Shown here in pieces: positions 39,901-48,674 of a stretch of DNA of 64,000 nucleotides. The DNA lies in the IMG/VR virus record IMGVR_UViG_3300045747_000182, positions 116-64,115 of that record. One strand, written 5' to 3'. The first letter of the stretch is position 1. Every line of letters begins with the position of its first letter. Position numbers and translations under genes: made by a program. The DNA is from a virus. The notes beneath the pieces are model-generated. The model was not told where the DNA came from. It was given only the letters and a program-made list of their open reading frames with translations, and made no database searches.

Positions 39901-40700
39901 GTTCCTGTGGGAGACCCTGTGCTGATACCTACCGTTGTAGGCGTGAAGGTTCCTCCACCTGCACCATCGTTAGGCGTTACTACGACAGTACCTGATATTG
40001 GACCATTTGCGCCGACTGTAAAGTTTGTGGATGCTACACTTACGTTACCTGTTGTAGGTCCTGTGAGAGTAGTGGCAGTTGCCCCACCATCGGCAAAGGT
40101 GGCAATAGCAACAGACCACTGATCGGCAGAAGTCAGCGTTCCCCAAGATGCTGTTTGCGTACCTGTGGCAGAAACAATTTTGTAGTCAGCAGCGAGCGAT
40201 GTGTTGGTTGATATGCTCCCTGCGCTGGTATACCCCGTTGCAGGGATTGTTGCGCCAGTACGCGATAGTGAGTCATCGCCCCAAACTGCAAATACAACTT
40301 CTGATGCAGTTGTTGTAGCAGCTGTCGGGCCGATTGTTGGGTTTGCCCCAAAAGCACCACCACCCAAGGATTTATCTACAGCAGCAAGCGCGGTCCACTC
40401 CGTTAGTACACCACCCAAAGAATCATTGGTGTTGTTAGGAGTGATGGTAATGGTTGTGCTGCCAGCCGCTACACCATCAAGTCTCCAGATGCTGACTGCA
40501 TTGTGGAATGCTACAACATTTCCAGAGACAACCTGCGACCAAGTACCACCACCGCTAACAGTGGGTATACCTGTACCTGTGCCGTTGTTATATTCCGAGA
40601 TTGCAAGTAGCAGTGTGCTCCCTGCGGTCAGCGTCTTGGTTAAGGCAAGGTTACCCGTTGCTGAGTTACCTGTAACGGGAGCGCCGATGATTGTTGGCAT
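36930..40700 (-). CDS. Long fibre/adhesin-like structural protein with 22-aa repeats and Gly-rich insert
   Basis: 1256 aa; at least 17 clear LVxAxSxQxxTSGTGxxTQ units. Confidence 0.75.
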   Translation of the reverse strand: MPTIIGAPVTGNSATGNLALTKTLTAGSTLLLAISEYNNGTGTGIPTVSGGGTWSQVVSGNVVAFHNAVSIWRLDGVAAGSTTITITPNNTNDSLGGVLTEWTALAAVDKSLGGGAFGANPTIGPTAATTTASEVVFAVWGDDSLSRTGATIPATGYTSAGSISTNTSLAADYKIVSATGTQTASWGTLTSADQWSVAIATFADGGATATTLTGPTTGNVSVASTNFTVGANGPISGTVVVTPNDGAGGGTFTPTTVGISTGSPTGTFTYTPASVGAKTISTTNGGGLSNPTPITYVSVTPPTPTDKVGVFDELLRYETFFDSTQVPAAWFSYELIGGATSGSALVASPSNQAATSGTGTVSQVQILVSVNVSEASTSGTGAITQNQLLVGAPASQSATSGTGIISQASSGVTLVSANSTQDQTSGTANIIQTQIMVGSGASQAPTSSAVTISQNHSLVKADSLQASTSGTGVVTQVQILVSANSSEDSTSGTGTVAQNHILVKADSTQASTSGTGVISVIGSLVVANSTQDQTSGTGTVTQNHVLVHANSSEASTSGTGVVTQNHILVGAGSSQSATSGTGVITAGNGLVAATSTQDQTSGTGAVTQVQILVAANVSEASTSGTGVVTQVQLLVFANSTQNQTSGTGVISQSSSGITLVSANSDQAASSGTAAVTQNHILVKADLSQSASSGTGVMGVPQLVAADSTQTATSGTGSITVFRNQTLVVTDWSNSYQYNLSGSGAITQNHLVVSATASQVNYCTTNIVGNNVILVGAGSSQSANSGTGIVSKASTLLASSSNQQASSSAPPASAVQVLITNTALTSWTVPSNWTSAGSTVEAIGAGASGTSPFTAVNVGQAGGGGCYAKISNVSLTAGDVVGISVGPTTTAESNNGGDTYFQSTSTLLAKGGYRAGSGFSSQISACVGDVKYAGGGGDVGGNDAGGSNAGGSGGGGAAGPNGAGANGVTGSFVNVGGVYSGGAGGRGGNSLGGLAGAAGNSSNSGVGGNGGNGTEWGSVGSGGGGGGGAASISYLGAALPGNGGLYGGGGGGASTLSDQSSFGTGGQGIIVVTYNPTGSLVVTQNHQLTKLNADQYSTSSANAVSQSQSFVAAGSTQNASSGAGNVTVSRTLVAANSNNSNNSTANTLTQNHALVGALCGQSGSSTINSIIQGHVLTSADCFEINTSGNDQTIVYCFGFSTSKYKVEVPKQINLTSVKPPRVSVGVPTPIYLTSLKPINNKVSVPKENYNGYTRNVR

Positions 40701-40732
40701 AAGTTACTCCCTGTAATTACAAACCGTTAACA

Positions 40733-41131
40733 TTAGGTGCCAAGTATTTCTGCTACCCTTGTTTGAGCTATCAATCCAAGACTTGCAATAAACGTAACAC
40801 CACTAATAATATCAGGATCATCAAGATGAACCTGCTCCGCTACTGACAAGTCAGAGAGCATTGTGCGCATTGCTGCTCTTGCTTCCAAAGGAAGTAATAA
40901 ACTTTCAGGAGCGTTGTCTATAGAGATGCGCTCCAAAGCAGTAAATAACCTGCGGAACTCCAACCTACTCATTACTTTACCAATAACTGGTGTAGAGGTA
41001 GGAGCAGGTTGGCTTTCCAGTTGTTCACTGAAGTTTAACTCAGGGTACATATCCTGCAGTGTTTGAAGGTAGTCAGGGTCAATGCTGACACAGACTTCGG
41101 TTATACCATTTTTAGTGCCAACCAGTATCAT
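40733..41131 (-). CDS. Putative fibre assembly protein
   Basis: SRLEFRRLFTALERISI...RVAEILG pattern. Confidence 0.5.
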   Translation of the reverse strand: MILVGTKNGITEVCVSIDPDYLQTLQDMYPELNFSEQLESQPAPTSTPVIGKVMSRLEFRRLFTALERISIDNAPESLLLPLEARAAMRTMLSDLSVAEQVHLDDPDIISGVTFIASLGLIAQTRVAEILGT

Positions 41132-41133
41132 TG

Positions 41134-42321
41134 TTATTTCTCCATCACAGCTAAAGAACCACTGAAGAATGTCGCCGTAGCAGCAGAAGCAAGTATGTTA
41201 TGTAGCATGCATGTACCGTTATAAAGTCTTATTCCGGGAGCGCCAATTGTTTTAGGTGTAGATACGTTGACTACTGCAGTACCAATTTTACTGATATCGC
41301 GGCAGATCATCATACTGATAGAACCTGTAACCAGAGAAGTACCAAGAGTAACTGACTGAATAGACTGAACACCCTTGTCTCCGGCGGCGAGCTGGAACCA
41401 TACGATAGTACCGATAACGGGTGTAGCAGGTATTTGTGATCCTGCAATAGCCGACAGTGTGGCTGTTCGCCCTGCTGTACCTGCACTATTAGTGTAGCTA
41501 ACTGTTGTATTTGCAATTGCAGCAGCGTTGGTTGCTGCAGCTGTAAACAACATTGCAATAGTACAGCCCTCACCAGACGTTGCACCGTTAACATCTCTAG
41601 GAGGAAGTGTTGGTGTGGTTATAGCTTGGGCCGTAATGGTAGTTACTACCAGACCAGAGTTCACCCATAGTACATCAAAAAAGTCATTGGTGTGAACTAC
41701 ACTTGCGGCCATTTCAAGGGCAGTCAAATAGTTAGCGCCTGTAGAAGCATTTGGGATGGGGATACATCCGAAGTCAGCTGTGGTGGTACCATCAGTAACA
41801 CGGCCATTAACTCCGGGCGTTCCGGGGGCCCATGCTCCGGGATAACCTGCATCTTTAGAGGTACAATACCAGCATCCGGCAACGTCAGGGGCTGTACTTG
41901 TCTTCATAAAGCCAATATTCATGCCGTTATAGTTTCCGAGTCCTGACGGAGGATACTCAGCGCCGTTCTGATCACGGTGAACCCATGAGCCATCTTCCCG
42001 ATAACCCATGTTTTCTCCGGGCAATAACGGGAACTGCATAAGCTCAACAGAGTTAGTACCATCAAAGTGTTCTACACCAACAACGCAGGAAGTTTCTGTA
42101 CTGTTATTAGTGATGTATATAGCTCGTACGTTTCGTTGAGCACCGGAGGCAGGGCTACCAACAATTGTTGTTGTAGCCGCAGTAGTAATACGAGTATTAG
42201 TTCGTGCGGGTGTGATTGTTGTACCGTTCACATCTACATAGCTAGCATGCACCTCAATGGTTGACGTAGCAGTAGCAGTAGTGATACGGATGATGTCACT
42301 TATTGAGGTTAGTAGTAGCAT
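41134..42321 (-). CDS. Structural protein, Thr/Ala/Gly-rich
   Basis: 395-aa ORF in tail block. Confidence 0.6.
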   Translation of the reverse strand: MLLLTSISDIIRITTATATSTIEVHASYVDVNGTTITPARTNTRITTAATTTIVGSPASGAQRNVRAIYITNNSTETSCVVGVEHFDGTNSVELMQFPLLPGENMGYREDGSWVHRDQNGAEYPPSGLGNYNGMNIGFMKTSTAPDVAGCWYCTSKDAGYPGAWAPGTPGVNGRVTDGTTTADFGCIPIPNASTGANYLTALEMAASVVHTNDFFDVLWVNSGLVVTTITAQAITTPTLPPRDVNGATSGEGCTIAMLFTAAATNAAAIANTTVSYTNSAGTAGRTATLSAIAGSQIPATPVIGTIVWFQLAAGDKGVQSIQSVTLGTSLVTGSISMMICRDISKIGTAVVNVSTPKTIGAPGIRLYNGTCMLHNILASAATATFFSGSLAVMEK

Positions 42322-42326
42322 ATGTA

Positions 42327-42713
42327 TTAGGTAGGTTGGTTAGAGGTATATACTGGGCCAGGGAAGGTCAGAGTATTACCAGAAGTAATTGCTTGGTTAG
42401 ACGTTTCATCAGTAACCCAAATAACGTTTGCAGTACCGTCCGTGAAAGCAATATGCAGGTCAGGAGTACCAGTAGCAGAAGCCGTGGCTGTTGCAGTCTT
42501 ACCAGCAGCTACCGTCAATGTGCGGTTAGAGCCTGAAGAAGCAAGAGTGTAGTCACCTGACACCATTGCAACACCTGCGTTAAGTTTATTTGCCGTTACA
42601 GTTGCGTAAGAGTCTCCTGCAGCGTATGCAGAGATAAGCAACATTGTAGATGCATTAGTTTTGATGTCATTCAGACCACTGTCCAAGACACCTGAGCGTA
42701 CCCATTTTGCCAT
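42327..42713 (-). CDS. Small virion structural protein
   Basis: 128-aa beta-rich ORF. Confidence 0.6.
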   Translation of the reverse strand: MAKWVRSGVLDSGLNDIKTNASTMLLISAYAAGDSYATVTANKLNAGVAMVSGDYTLASSGSNRTLTVAAGKTATATASATGTPDLHIAFTDGTANVIWVTDETSNQAITSGNTLTFPGPVYTSNQPT

Positions 42714-43162
42714 TATATTTTCCTTTGTTTAATTAACAGAGCTTCTGCCTGTCTGCGCAGGACAAGTCCCGCAAGTATTTTACCGCCACCACGATTCCAT
42801 TTAAGGATCTCGAGTATGGCTTCATCCCATTGTTCTGCATTAATTTTTCTGCGCAGAGTTGATGTCTGTAGACGTCCTGATCCAAGATTATATACGAAGT
42901 CAATCAAAGCATTAAGTATATTAATGTCAGTTAACTTAGGGCATAATCTCAGAACAGAGGACAGACATTTACGTAATTCTATATCAAGCCAAGATACGGC
43001 CTGATCCATTGTACATGGAGGGTCCTGAAGGGTTACTCTGCGACCATCCGGATAAAATGTTGTTCCAAAACCTATTGTAGGTACTCCGGCTGGACATAGG
43101 TAGGGTTTAGATTTGAACCCTTCAAACCTCACACAAAGTGCTTTTGCGGGTTCAGTATCCAT
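42713..43162 (-). CDS. Endolysin, GH24 lysozyme
   Basis: FEG...PYLCPAGVPTIGFG, ALIDFVYNLG, GLVLRRQAE; no SAR segment. Confidence 0.92.
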   Translation of the reverse strand: MDTEPAKALCVRFEGFKSKPYLCPAGVPTIGFGTTFYPDGRRVTLQDPPCTMDQAVSWLDIELRKCLSSVLRLCPKLTDINILNALIDFVYNLGSGRLQTSTLRRKINAEQWDEAILEILKWNRGGGKILAGLVLRRQAEALLIKQRKI

Positions 43163-43404
43163 CAGGGTTTATCCGCCTTGTTATCTATCTTACTTTCAAT
43201 ACGTGTAAGCATCTGCATTAGTGTATCTTTGAAATCTTTGAAGTCATCTTTTCGGGTGTAGTTGTCATGCAACTTTTCCTTTAACTCTGTAATATGTTCT
43301 TGAGTCTTTTCAGTCTTCTCCCAAAGAGTTCTCATAAGCCACCCCATAACCGCAAATGTTCCGAATACGACAGCATGTAGCACCTCTACTCCTAAAATTT
43401 CCAT
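43162..43404 (-). CDS. Putative holin-like membrane protein
   Basis: One N-terminal TM segment then coiled coil. Confidence 0.55.
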   Translation of the reverse strand: MEILGVEVLHAVVFGTFAVMGWLMRTLWEKTEKTQEHITELKEKLHDNYTRKDDFKDFKDTLMQMLTRIESKIDNKADKP

Positions 43405-43889
43405 TATAAACCTCGCTTTGTTAAAGTCCGGTCCAAGAACCAGTAGTTAATAGTACCGGATACCAATGCAGTAAAGTCCGGTGTCATGATCAGTTTAAAG
43501 ATCTCGGCAGTGCCAAGACCTGTGGTAAGAACAGTATACACATGGAACCACAAGTACAGGCCAACCACAAGATATGTGACCAGAGGACGTACTGCTGCAG
43601 ACATATCCGCAATCCACTTACTGGATACCTTAACCATTTCGGTCTGCTGTGTGATAGCCGCATTAAATGCTGCCATAGCACCAACATCTACATCTGCATT
43701 ACGTTGAGCACCAATCTCTTCCAAACGAATACTTCCGCGAACTTTCTCAAGCGCAGACTGTTCTTGGAACATCTTCAGCTCATGCTCTCGCTCATTCTTC
43801 TTATCAAAGAACTTCATTATTTCGGGGAATAATCGGAAAGCACCACCAAGCAGTGTCCCGAATACGCCACCACTTAGGATGTCGAACAT
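43404..43889 (-). CDS. Putative holin-like membrane protein
   Basis: N-terminal hydrophobic segment, VRPLVTYLVVGLYLW TM, C-terminal YWFLDR. Confidence 0.6.
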   Translation of the reverse strand: MFDILSGGVFGTLLGGAFRLFPEIMKFFDKKNEREHELKMFQEQSALEKVRGSIRLEEIGAQRNADVDVGAMAAFNAAITQQTEMVKVSSKWIADMSAAVRPLVTYLVVGLYLWFHVYTVLTTGLGTAEIFKLIMTPDFTALVSGTINYWFLDRTLTKRGL

Positions 43890-44116
43890 TATTTTTCCTT
43901 ATCTAGTATTTGTTGTTTCTGATTGAAGAATCTGGCCACAGACTCATGTGCGACGACTATTCCACCGTATGCCATCCAAAGCCATTCAGTTCCACTACCT
44001 TTAAGTACCGTGAATATGAATGCCCATGTCATAGCTGCTTTACCTATGTTAGACCACAGAGAGGTTTCTCGGAGCTTCCCTGTAGCATGATCGGTTATGA
44101 GTTCCAAAAATTTCAT
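43889..44116 (-). CDS. Small membrane protein
   Basis: Two hydrophobic segments, basic C-terminus. Confidence 0.55.
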   Translation of the reverse strand: MKFLELITDHATGKLRETSLWSNIGKAAMTWAFIFTVLKGSGTEWLWMAYGGIVVAHESVARFFNQKQQILDKEK

Positions 44117-44490
44117 TTGAAGAGTCCGTAAGTTTTGTGTTGCTTTGGCTTTGTATTGTCGAAGGGCTCAAGGAACCTTCCAACAATTTGTATTGCCAAC
44201 CACTGTCTCCAGCCTGAACCGTTCAATATCAGATCGTCCATACGAGTAGACAGCATAAGACGCTGTACGGAAGGCCATTGAAGGAACAGAAGTGTTCCCC
44301 AAAAGATGTCTACGTAGACGTCTACTGCAATGACTATTGCGCCTATTCCTTGTACGATTGGGTTGAAAACTTTACGATCCCATTGGCTGGTCTTGTCTGC
44401 AAGAATATCGAAGAACAAGAGGTATCCAGCCCAAAGAATAAATGGAGCAAAGAAATGGAATGAGAGCCAATAGCTAAATATTTCTTGCAT
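44113..44490 (-). CDS. Membrane-associated hypothetical protein
   Basis: 125 aa with two hydrophobic segments. Confidence 0.55.
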   Translation of the reverse strand: MQEIFSYWLSFHFFAPFILWAGYLLFFDILADKTSQWDRKVFNPIVQGIGAIVIAVDVYVDIFWGTLLFLQWPSVQRLMLSTRMDDLILNGSGWRQWLAIQIVGRFLEPFDNTKPKQHKTYGLFK

Positions 44491-45956
44491 TATACCTCCG
44501 CAGAAAAATCAATCCAGGCCGTACCGAGGCTAAATCTCCACCAACCAGAAACGCCAATAGTAGGTCCTGATGTCAAATTAAAAGCTAATTCTGAGCAGTT
44601 AGGGGTGTTAACTGTGCCTATTATAGTGGTTGCAGGGTAAACACCCCCAGTAGCAAAATAAGTTAAATGTGTTGCCGCAGATTGGCTAAAAATTGGATTG
44701 CTTCTCATAGCTATGGGGAAATAAAATACCCCGTAGATCTGAGTAGACGAATAAGCGGAGGCAGTAAACACAGGTGAGTTTGCGGCCCCATTGGCGGAAA
44801 ATCTGTAGTAATACCTATGACACAAAGCCAACTCCGTACCATAAGGACGGTGTTCAAACTCGGTAGCAGCAGAGCCAATTTCAAGTTGAACAAATCCAAA
44901 GGAAAGCATCTTACCAACACCCATGGCAGTTGCAGGACCACTTTGGTAAGCCAGATCGACAATCAAACCATTTGTTGCGGCTGCAGGGATAGTTACAGTT
45001 TTGTAGACCTTGGTCCAAGTGTTTGTTGGAATAGAGGTTGAGCTACCTGTGCCTGAGATGTCTACGATTGTCGCCAATGTAAACACATCCGCTGCACCGG
45101 AGTTGTATCCAATCCTTGGTGTGACGGTGTAGTTGCTAACGTTGTCGTGGTATACCCAATACGATAGTGTTACTGTTTTATTAATTAAGTGCCTGCTATT
45201 GAGTGCTTCGATACGCTGATGGACGTTAAGTACTTTTGTATTCGTGCCTGCAGTCATCCTGAATACGTTTCCATACGGCATACCTGTAACGTTATTGGGA
45301 CCCAAAGGGTTGGTGCATGACCCTGCATTACCCGTAGTACTGTCGTGTACAACATACCAACGATCCGCGCAATACACTGGTGTTGGAGCGGTGTCTGGAG
45401 TTGTTGCAAAGCTTGAGCCACGTTGAGAAACCCTGAAGTCACCATTAATTAAAACGTTACGGAAGCCAGCAAGCTCTGAGTTATCAACATATTGCTTTGT
45501 TGCAGCCTGAAGAGCACTCACAGGATCCTGCGCTAGGGTCACTACTCCCGTAAATGTAGGGCTAGCTACAGGTGCTCTGGTTGTATCTGTTGGATGGACA
45601 TGATCTCCACGAGTATAAAGCGTAGAAACACCCGCAGTGGCGGTACCATTAATTAAAGGTGCTGCGCTTGAGGGTGTATAAGCAGAAGCACTGGCGGCAG
45701 CGGCAATGGCACTGTTATTTGCATTAGTAGCAGATGTACTTGCTGCAGATGCGCTATTAGAGGCATTAGTTGCGGATGTACTTGCTGCAGATGCGCTATT
45801 AGAGGCATTAGTTGCGGATGTACTTGCTGCAGATGCAAGAGAAGCAGCGGCCTCTACTATTGAGGAGCCATTAGCCGAGGATGGTCCTGCTCCATTATCG
45901 TACTGACCTCCGGCGGCGTTACTACCTGTGGAGCCTGTTTTTGTTGTGTATCCCAT
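44490..45956 (-). CDS. Tail fibre protein
   Basis: SASAASTSATNA repeats, ATKQYVD, RNVLINGDFRVSQRG, QLEIGSAATEFEHRPYGTELALCHRYY. Confidence 0.85.
   Translation of the reverse strand: MGYTTKTGSTGSNAAGGQYDNGAGPSSANGSSIVEAAASLASAASTSATNASNSASAASTSATNASNSASAASTSATNANNSAIAAAASASAYTPSSAAPLINGTATAGVSTLYTRGDHVHPTDTTRAPVASPTFTGVVTLAQDPVSALQAATKQYVDNSELAGFRNVLINGDFRVSQRGSSFATTPDTAPTPVYCADRWYVVHDSTTGNAGSCTNPLGPNNVTGMPYGNVFRMTAGTNTKVLNVHQRIEALNSRHLINKTVTLSYWVYHDNVSNYTVTPRIGYNSGAADVFTLATIVDISGTGSSTSIPTNTWTKVYKTVTIPAAATNGLIVDLAYQSGPATAMGVGKMLSFGFVQLEIGSAATEFEHRPYGTELALCHRYYYRFSANGAANSPVFTASAYSSTQIYGVFYFPIAMRSNPIFSQSAATHLTYFATGGVYPATTIIGTVNTPNCSELAFNLTSGPTIGVSGWWRFSLGTAWIDFSAEV
45733..45836. repeat. 42-bp tandem repeat (2.5 copies) in tail fibre gene
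   Basis: Unit GATGTACTTGCTGCAGATGCGCTATTAGAGGCATTAGTTGCG. Confidence 0.9.
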
Positions 45957-45964
45957 AAGACTCC

Positions 45965-46861
45965 TTAAATAAGACCGTTAGCGTTAAAACCGATATGTAC
46001 GTTACCACCACGAGCCCTGCGCATCTTCTCTTCTCTGTTCATGAGTTCCATTGCGTTAGCTGCCTTCATCATGAATCTCTTTTCCATTACGTCATCCATA
46101 AGGAATCCACCAATATGACTCAGGGCAGACCACAGAAGGAGCTGTTCATTACTGTCTCTCAGCCAATTCGGTACAGGTTTACCCGTAAAGTACTTTGTGG
46201 TTACTACGGGGTTATATGAGGTTGCTTCCGCTAATGTAGCAAAACAAAGGGTTACTGAGCCGGAGGTTGACAGATACAATGGGGTATCGGATGAGACACC
46301 TACCGCAAGGTATGGTTGTGTGGCGTCAGCAATACCAACCGTATAGTTAGTTGGTACAACAGAATACAAGGCATCTAACGCGGGAAGTCGGCGATAGTAA
46401 CCTATCTGCAGGACTGTCCCTACGGGAAGCTGTGGACGGACAAAGATTTTACCTTCAGACCACATCCAGTTATAGGAGGAATACGTCTCAGAGAAGATAT
46501 CAAAGAAAGCACGTCGATCAGTAATCTCATTGAAGACCCGATTAGACGACATTGTGTTTGAGCTTGTTACTTTAGTTCTGAGGAAAATAAACTCAGTAAG
46601 GTCTGTGGGGATAGCAAAAGAGGTGTATGCACTGTTGTACATACTATTAGTCATATCACCATCACCTACGTTATCTGCAGTCTCTACAGTATACTCAACT
46701 GAGGTTTCCAGCGGAGGAATCCTCAGGATTTTATAGCAATCATCAGCACCATACGACAAACAACTTTCAATAACGCTGTCTGAGAGTGCGGCTCCTTCTG
46801 GTTTATTACTCCAGCTCCGGACCTTCTCGATCAGAGCGTTATATTGGGTTGTTGTTGACAT
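45965..46861 (-). CDS. Head-tail adaptor / tail tubular protein A
   Basis: Position after capsid; N- and C-terminal adaptor-like segments with a central insertion. Confidence 0.7.
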   Translation of the reverse strand: MSTTTQYNALIEKVRSWSNKPEGAALSDSVIESCLSYGADDCYKILRIPPLETSVEYTVETADNVGDGDMTNSMYNSAYTSFAIPTDLTEFIFLRTKVTSSNTMSSNRVFNEITDRRAFFDIFSETYSSYNWMWSEGKIFVRPQLPVGTVLQIGYYRRLPALDALYSVVPTNYTVGIADATQPYLAVGVSSDTPLYLSTSGSVTLCFATLAEATSYNPVVTTKYFTGKPVPNWLRDSNEQLLLWSALSHIGGFLMDDVMEKRFMMKAANAMELMNREEKMRRARGGNVHIGFNANGLI

Positions 46862-46869
46862 GATGCTCC

Positions 46870-47193
46870 TTAAGCAGATCTCACATTACTTGTCAGTAGA
46901 TGCGGGTATTCAGAGATAATAATATTCTTGAATCGACGCATAAGGACAGGATCCTTCATGGTTTCTTCATCATGAATATTGATGTGGTATTTTGTGAGGA
47001 TATCGATTGATACGATGTCCGGAATAATAGCAAACGAACGATACTGTCGTTTGGAGGAAGCAGTCTCATCTTCCTGACGAGAGCGTTCTGCGTATGCCTT
47101 ATAAGCTGATACGTCCTGAGCAAGCTGAAAGTCTCGCTCATTTGTGTTTACACGGAAACTATTAGCGTTACCGTCTTGTGATAGAAATCCCAT
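46870..47193 (-). CDS. Conserved hypothetical virion protein
   Basis: 107-aa ORF with AAGGA RBS. Confidence 0.6.
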   Translation of the reverse strand: MGFLSQDGNANSFRVNTNERDFQLAQDVSAYKAYAERSRQEDETASSKRQYRSFAIIPDIVSIDILTKYHINIHDEETMKDPVLMRRFKNIIISEYPHLLTSNVRSA

Positions 47194-47235
47194 ATGTGTC
47201 CTTATAGGTTACGTTAGTAAACTATCGTAACGTGA

Positions 47236-47505
47236 TTAGTTGGAAGCAATAACTCGGAAAGAGCCAGCTTCAGAGAGTTCGCCGTATTCGTACCGGACGT
47301 TAGCGCCAGTATATGCAGCAACAGTATCATTGAAATACGTCAGAGTTGTGGTTACAAGCTTAGAATACATTGCGCCGACAATCTTGGCTGGCTGCAGAAT
47401 AGAGCCGCTTGAAAGTGCTGGTGCAGAGAATTGAATAGCAATGCAATTTGTGTCTGAAATAATTTCGGATGTACCGTTTGTTTGAGTAATTTTTAATCCA
47501 AACAT
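47236..47505 (-). CDS. Small hypothetical (possible capsid decoration) protein
   Basis: 89 aa directly after capsid gene. Confidence 0.5.
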   Translation of the reverse strand: MFGLKITQTNGTSEIISDTNCIAIQFSAPALSSGSILQPAKIVGAMYSKLVTTTLTYFNDTVAAYTGANVRYEYGELSEAGSFRVIASN

Positions 47506-47521
47506 GTGTATCCTTAAATGA

Positions 47522-47551
47522 AATAAGGGAAGGATTTCTCCCTCCCTTATT
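47522..47551 (-). terminator. Intrinsic terminator after major capsid gene
   Basis: AATAAGGGA...TCCCTTATT hairpin. Confidence 0.7.
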
Positions 47552-47556
47552 ATTGA

Positions 47557-48648
47557 TTACGTACCGGAAAGACCGAGAATTAAACCGCTTCCTTTCGGAT
47601 TGCGACACTCAAGAGTACCCTCTTGCAGAATCTGACCGATGATAGAATCACCAAGCTGACCCAAGTCAACTTCTTGCAGAGGCCGCAGAGAGGCCCAAGA
47701 GAACCACGAAGGATCGTAAACCATACCGGCCCAGTTAGCACCGCCGCCAGCAACACCAGTCAGAGTACGCGAAATACCCATGATGTAGTTAGGTACAACC
47801 ATGATGTCACCGAAGTCACTCATGTACACTTCGACGGACTGACGCAGTTTGCCATCAGCGTCGATGTTACGGCGTGCGTTACCATCTCCGGGATTGGAGG
47901 TCGTAGAACCGCCCAATTGAGCCTTGGCAGAGAACACACGACGGTTGGCCGGAGACAGCATCAAGCGAGTAGCCTTACCACCCTGCTCATACACTGCTTG
48001 CATAACTTGGTCGATGTGCGACAGAGTCAAGGAAGCGCCAACACCAGTAGTGTAAGTACCAGAAACACCGCCACCAGCGTTGGTAGGAGGAGTATAAGTA
48101 CCTGTACCAACGTACAGAGCAGTACCAGACGAAGCCAGTGGATAGTTAACCCACGAAGCATAGCCACCGAAGGTACGTGTGCCGGAACCGTTAGATGATT
48201 GGAAACCAACCAAATCGTATTCAACGTCACGTTGCATTTCAGTGCCGCGCTTCTTCAGTTGGTATGCGTATTCATCAGCAACACCAGCTTGGTCAACCGC
48301 ACGTTTGGTACCAGTAACGGTAACAGTTTTGCTGTTGATTTGGGTGTAATTGCCCAGACGAGTACGGAACAACTCTGCAGGTTGAGCACCAGTAACGGTG
48401 GAGTAAGACACACCTTCAGCAACCGCAGACGATGCGGGGGTTGCCAATTCGTCAGTTTGCCACTCATGGAAAACTGCAGTAGCCTTTGTCTTGCCGATAG
48501 ACGACAAGAAGGGCGTTTCATCACGAGAAATCATCGAGATGAAGTTTGCCAGATCTTCGCGCTCGGAAACGTTACCTGCGTTACCAGTTGCGCCAGACGA
48601 GCGAGCAACGGCCTTAGGGCCGCCAGTTTGAAAAGTATTACCAGCCAT
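47557..48648 (-). CDS. Major capsid protein
   Basis: REDLANFISMISRDETPFLS, HEWQTDEL, RLGNYTQI, LKKRGTEMQRDVE, GTLECRNP. Confidence 0.9.
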   Translation of the reverse strand: MAGNTFQTGGPKAVARSSGATGNAGNVSEREDLANFISMISRDETPFLSSIGKTKATAVFHEWQTDELATPASSAVAEGVSYSTVTGAQPAELFRTRLGNYTQINSKTVTVTGTKRAVDQAGVADEYAYQLKKRGTEMQRDVEYDLVGFQSSNGSGTRTFGGYASWVNYPLASSGTALYVGTGTYTPPTNAGGGVSGTYTTGVGASLTLSHIDQVMQAVYEQGGKATRLMLSPANRRVFSAKAQLGGSTTSNPGDGNARRNIDADGKLRQSVEVYMSDFGDIMVVPNYIMGISRTLTGVAGGGANWAGMVYDPSWFSWASLRPLQEVDLGQLGDSIIGQILQEGTLECRNPKGSGLILGLSGT

Positions 48649-48674
48649 TTTAATTTATCCTTACATAATTATAG

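Noticed and set aside
36930-45956. Diversity-generating retroelement or invertible fibre switch
   Set aside because: No reverse transcriptase, invertase or template/variable repeat pair seen.
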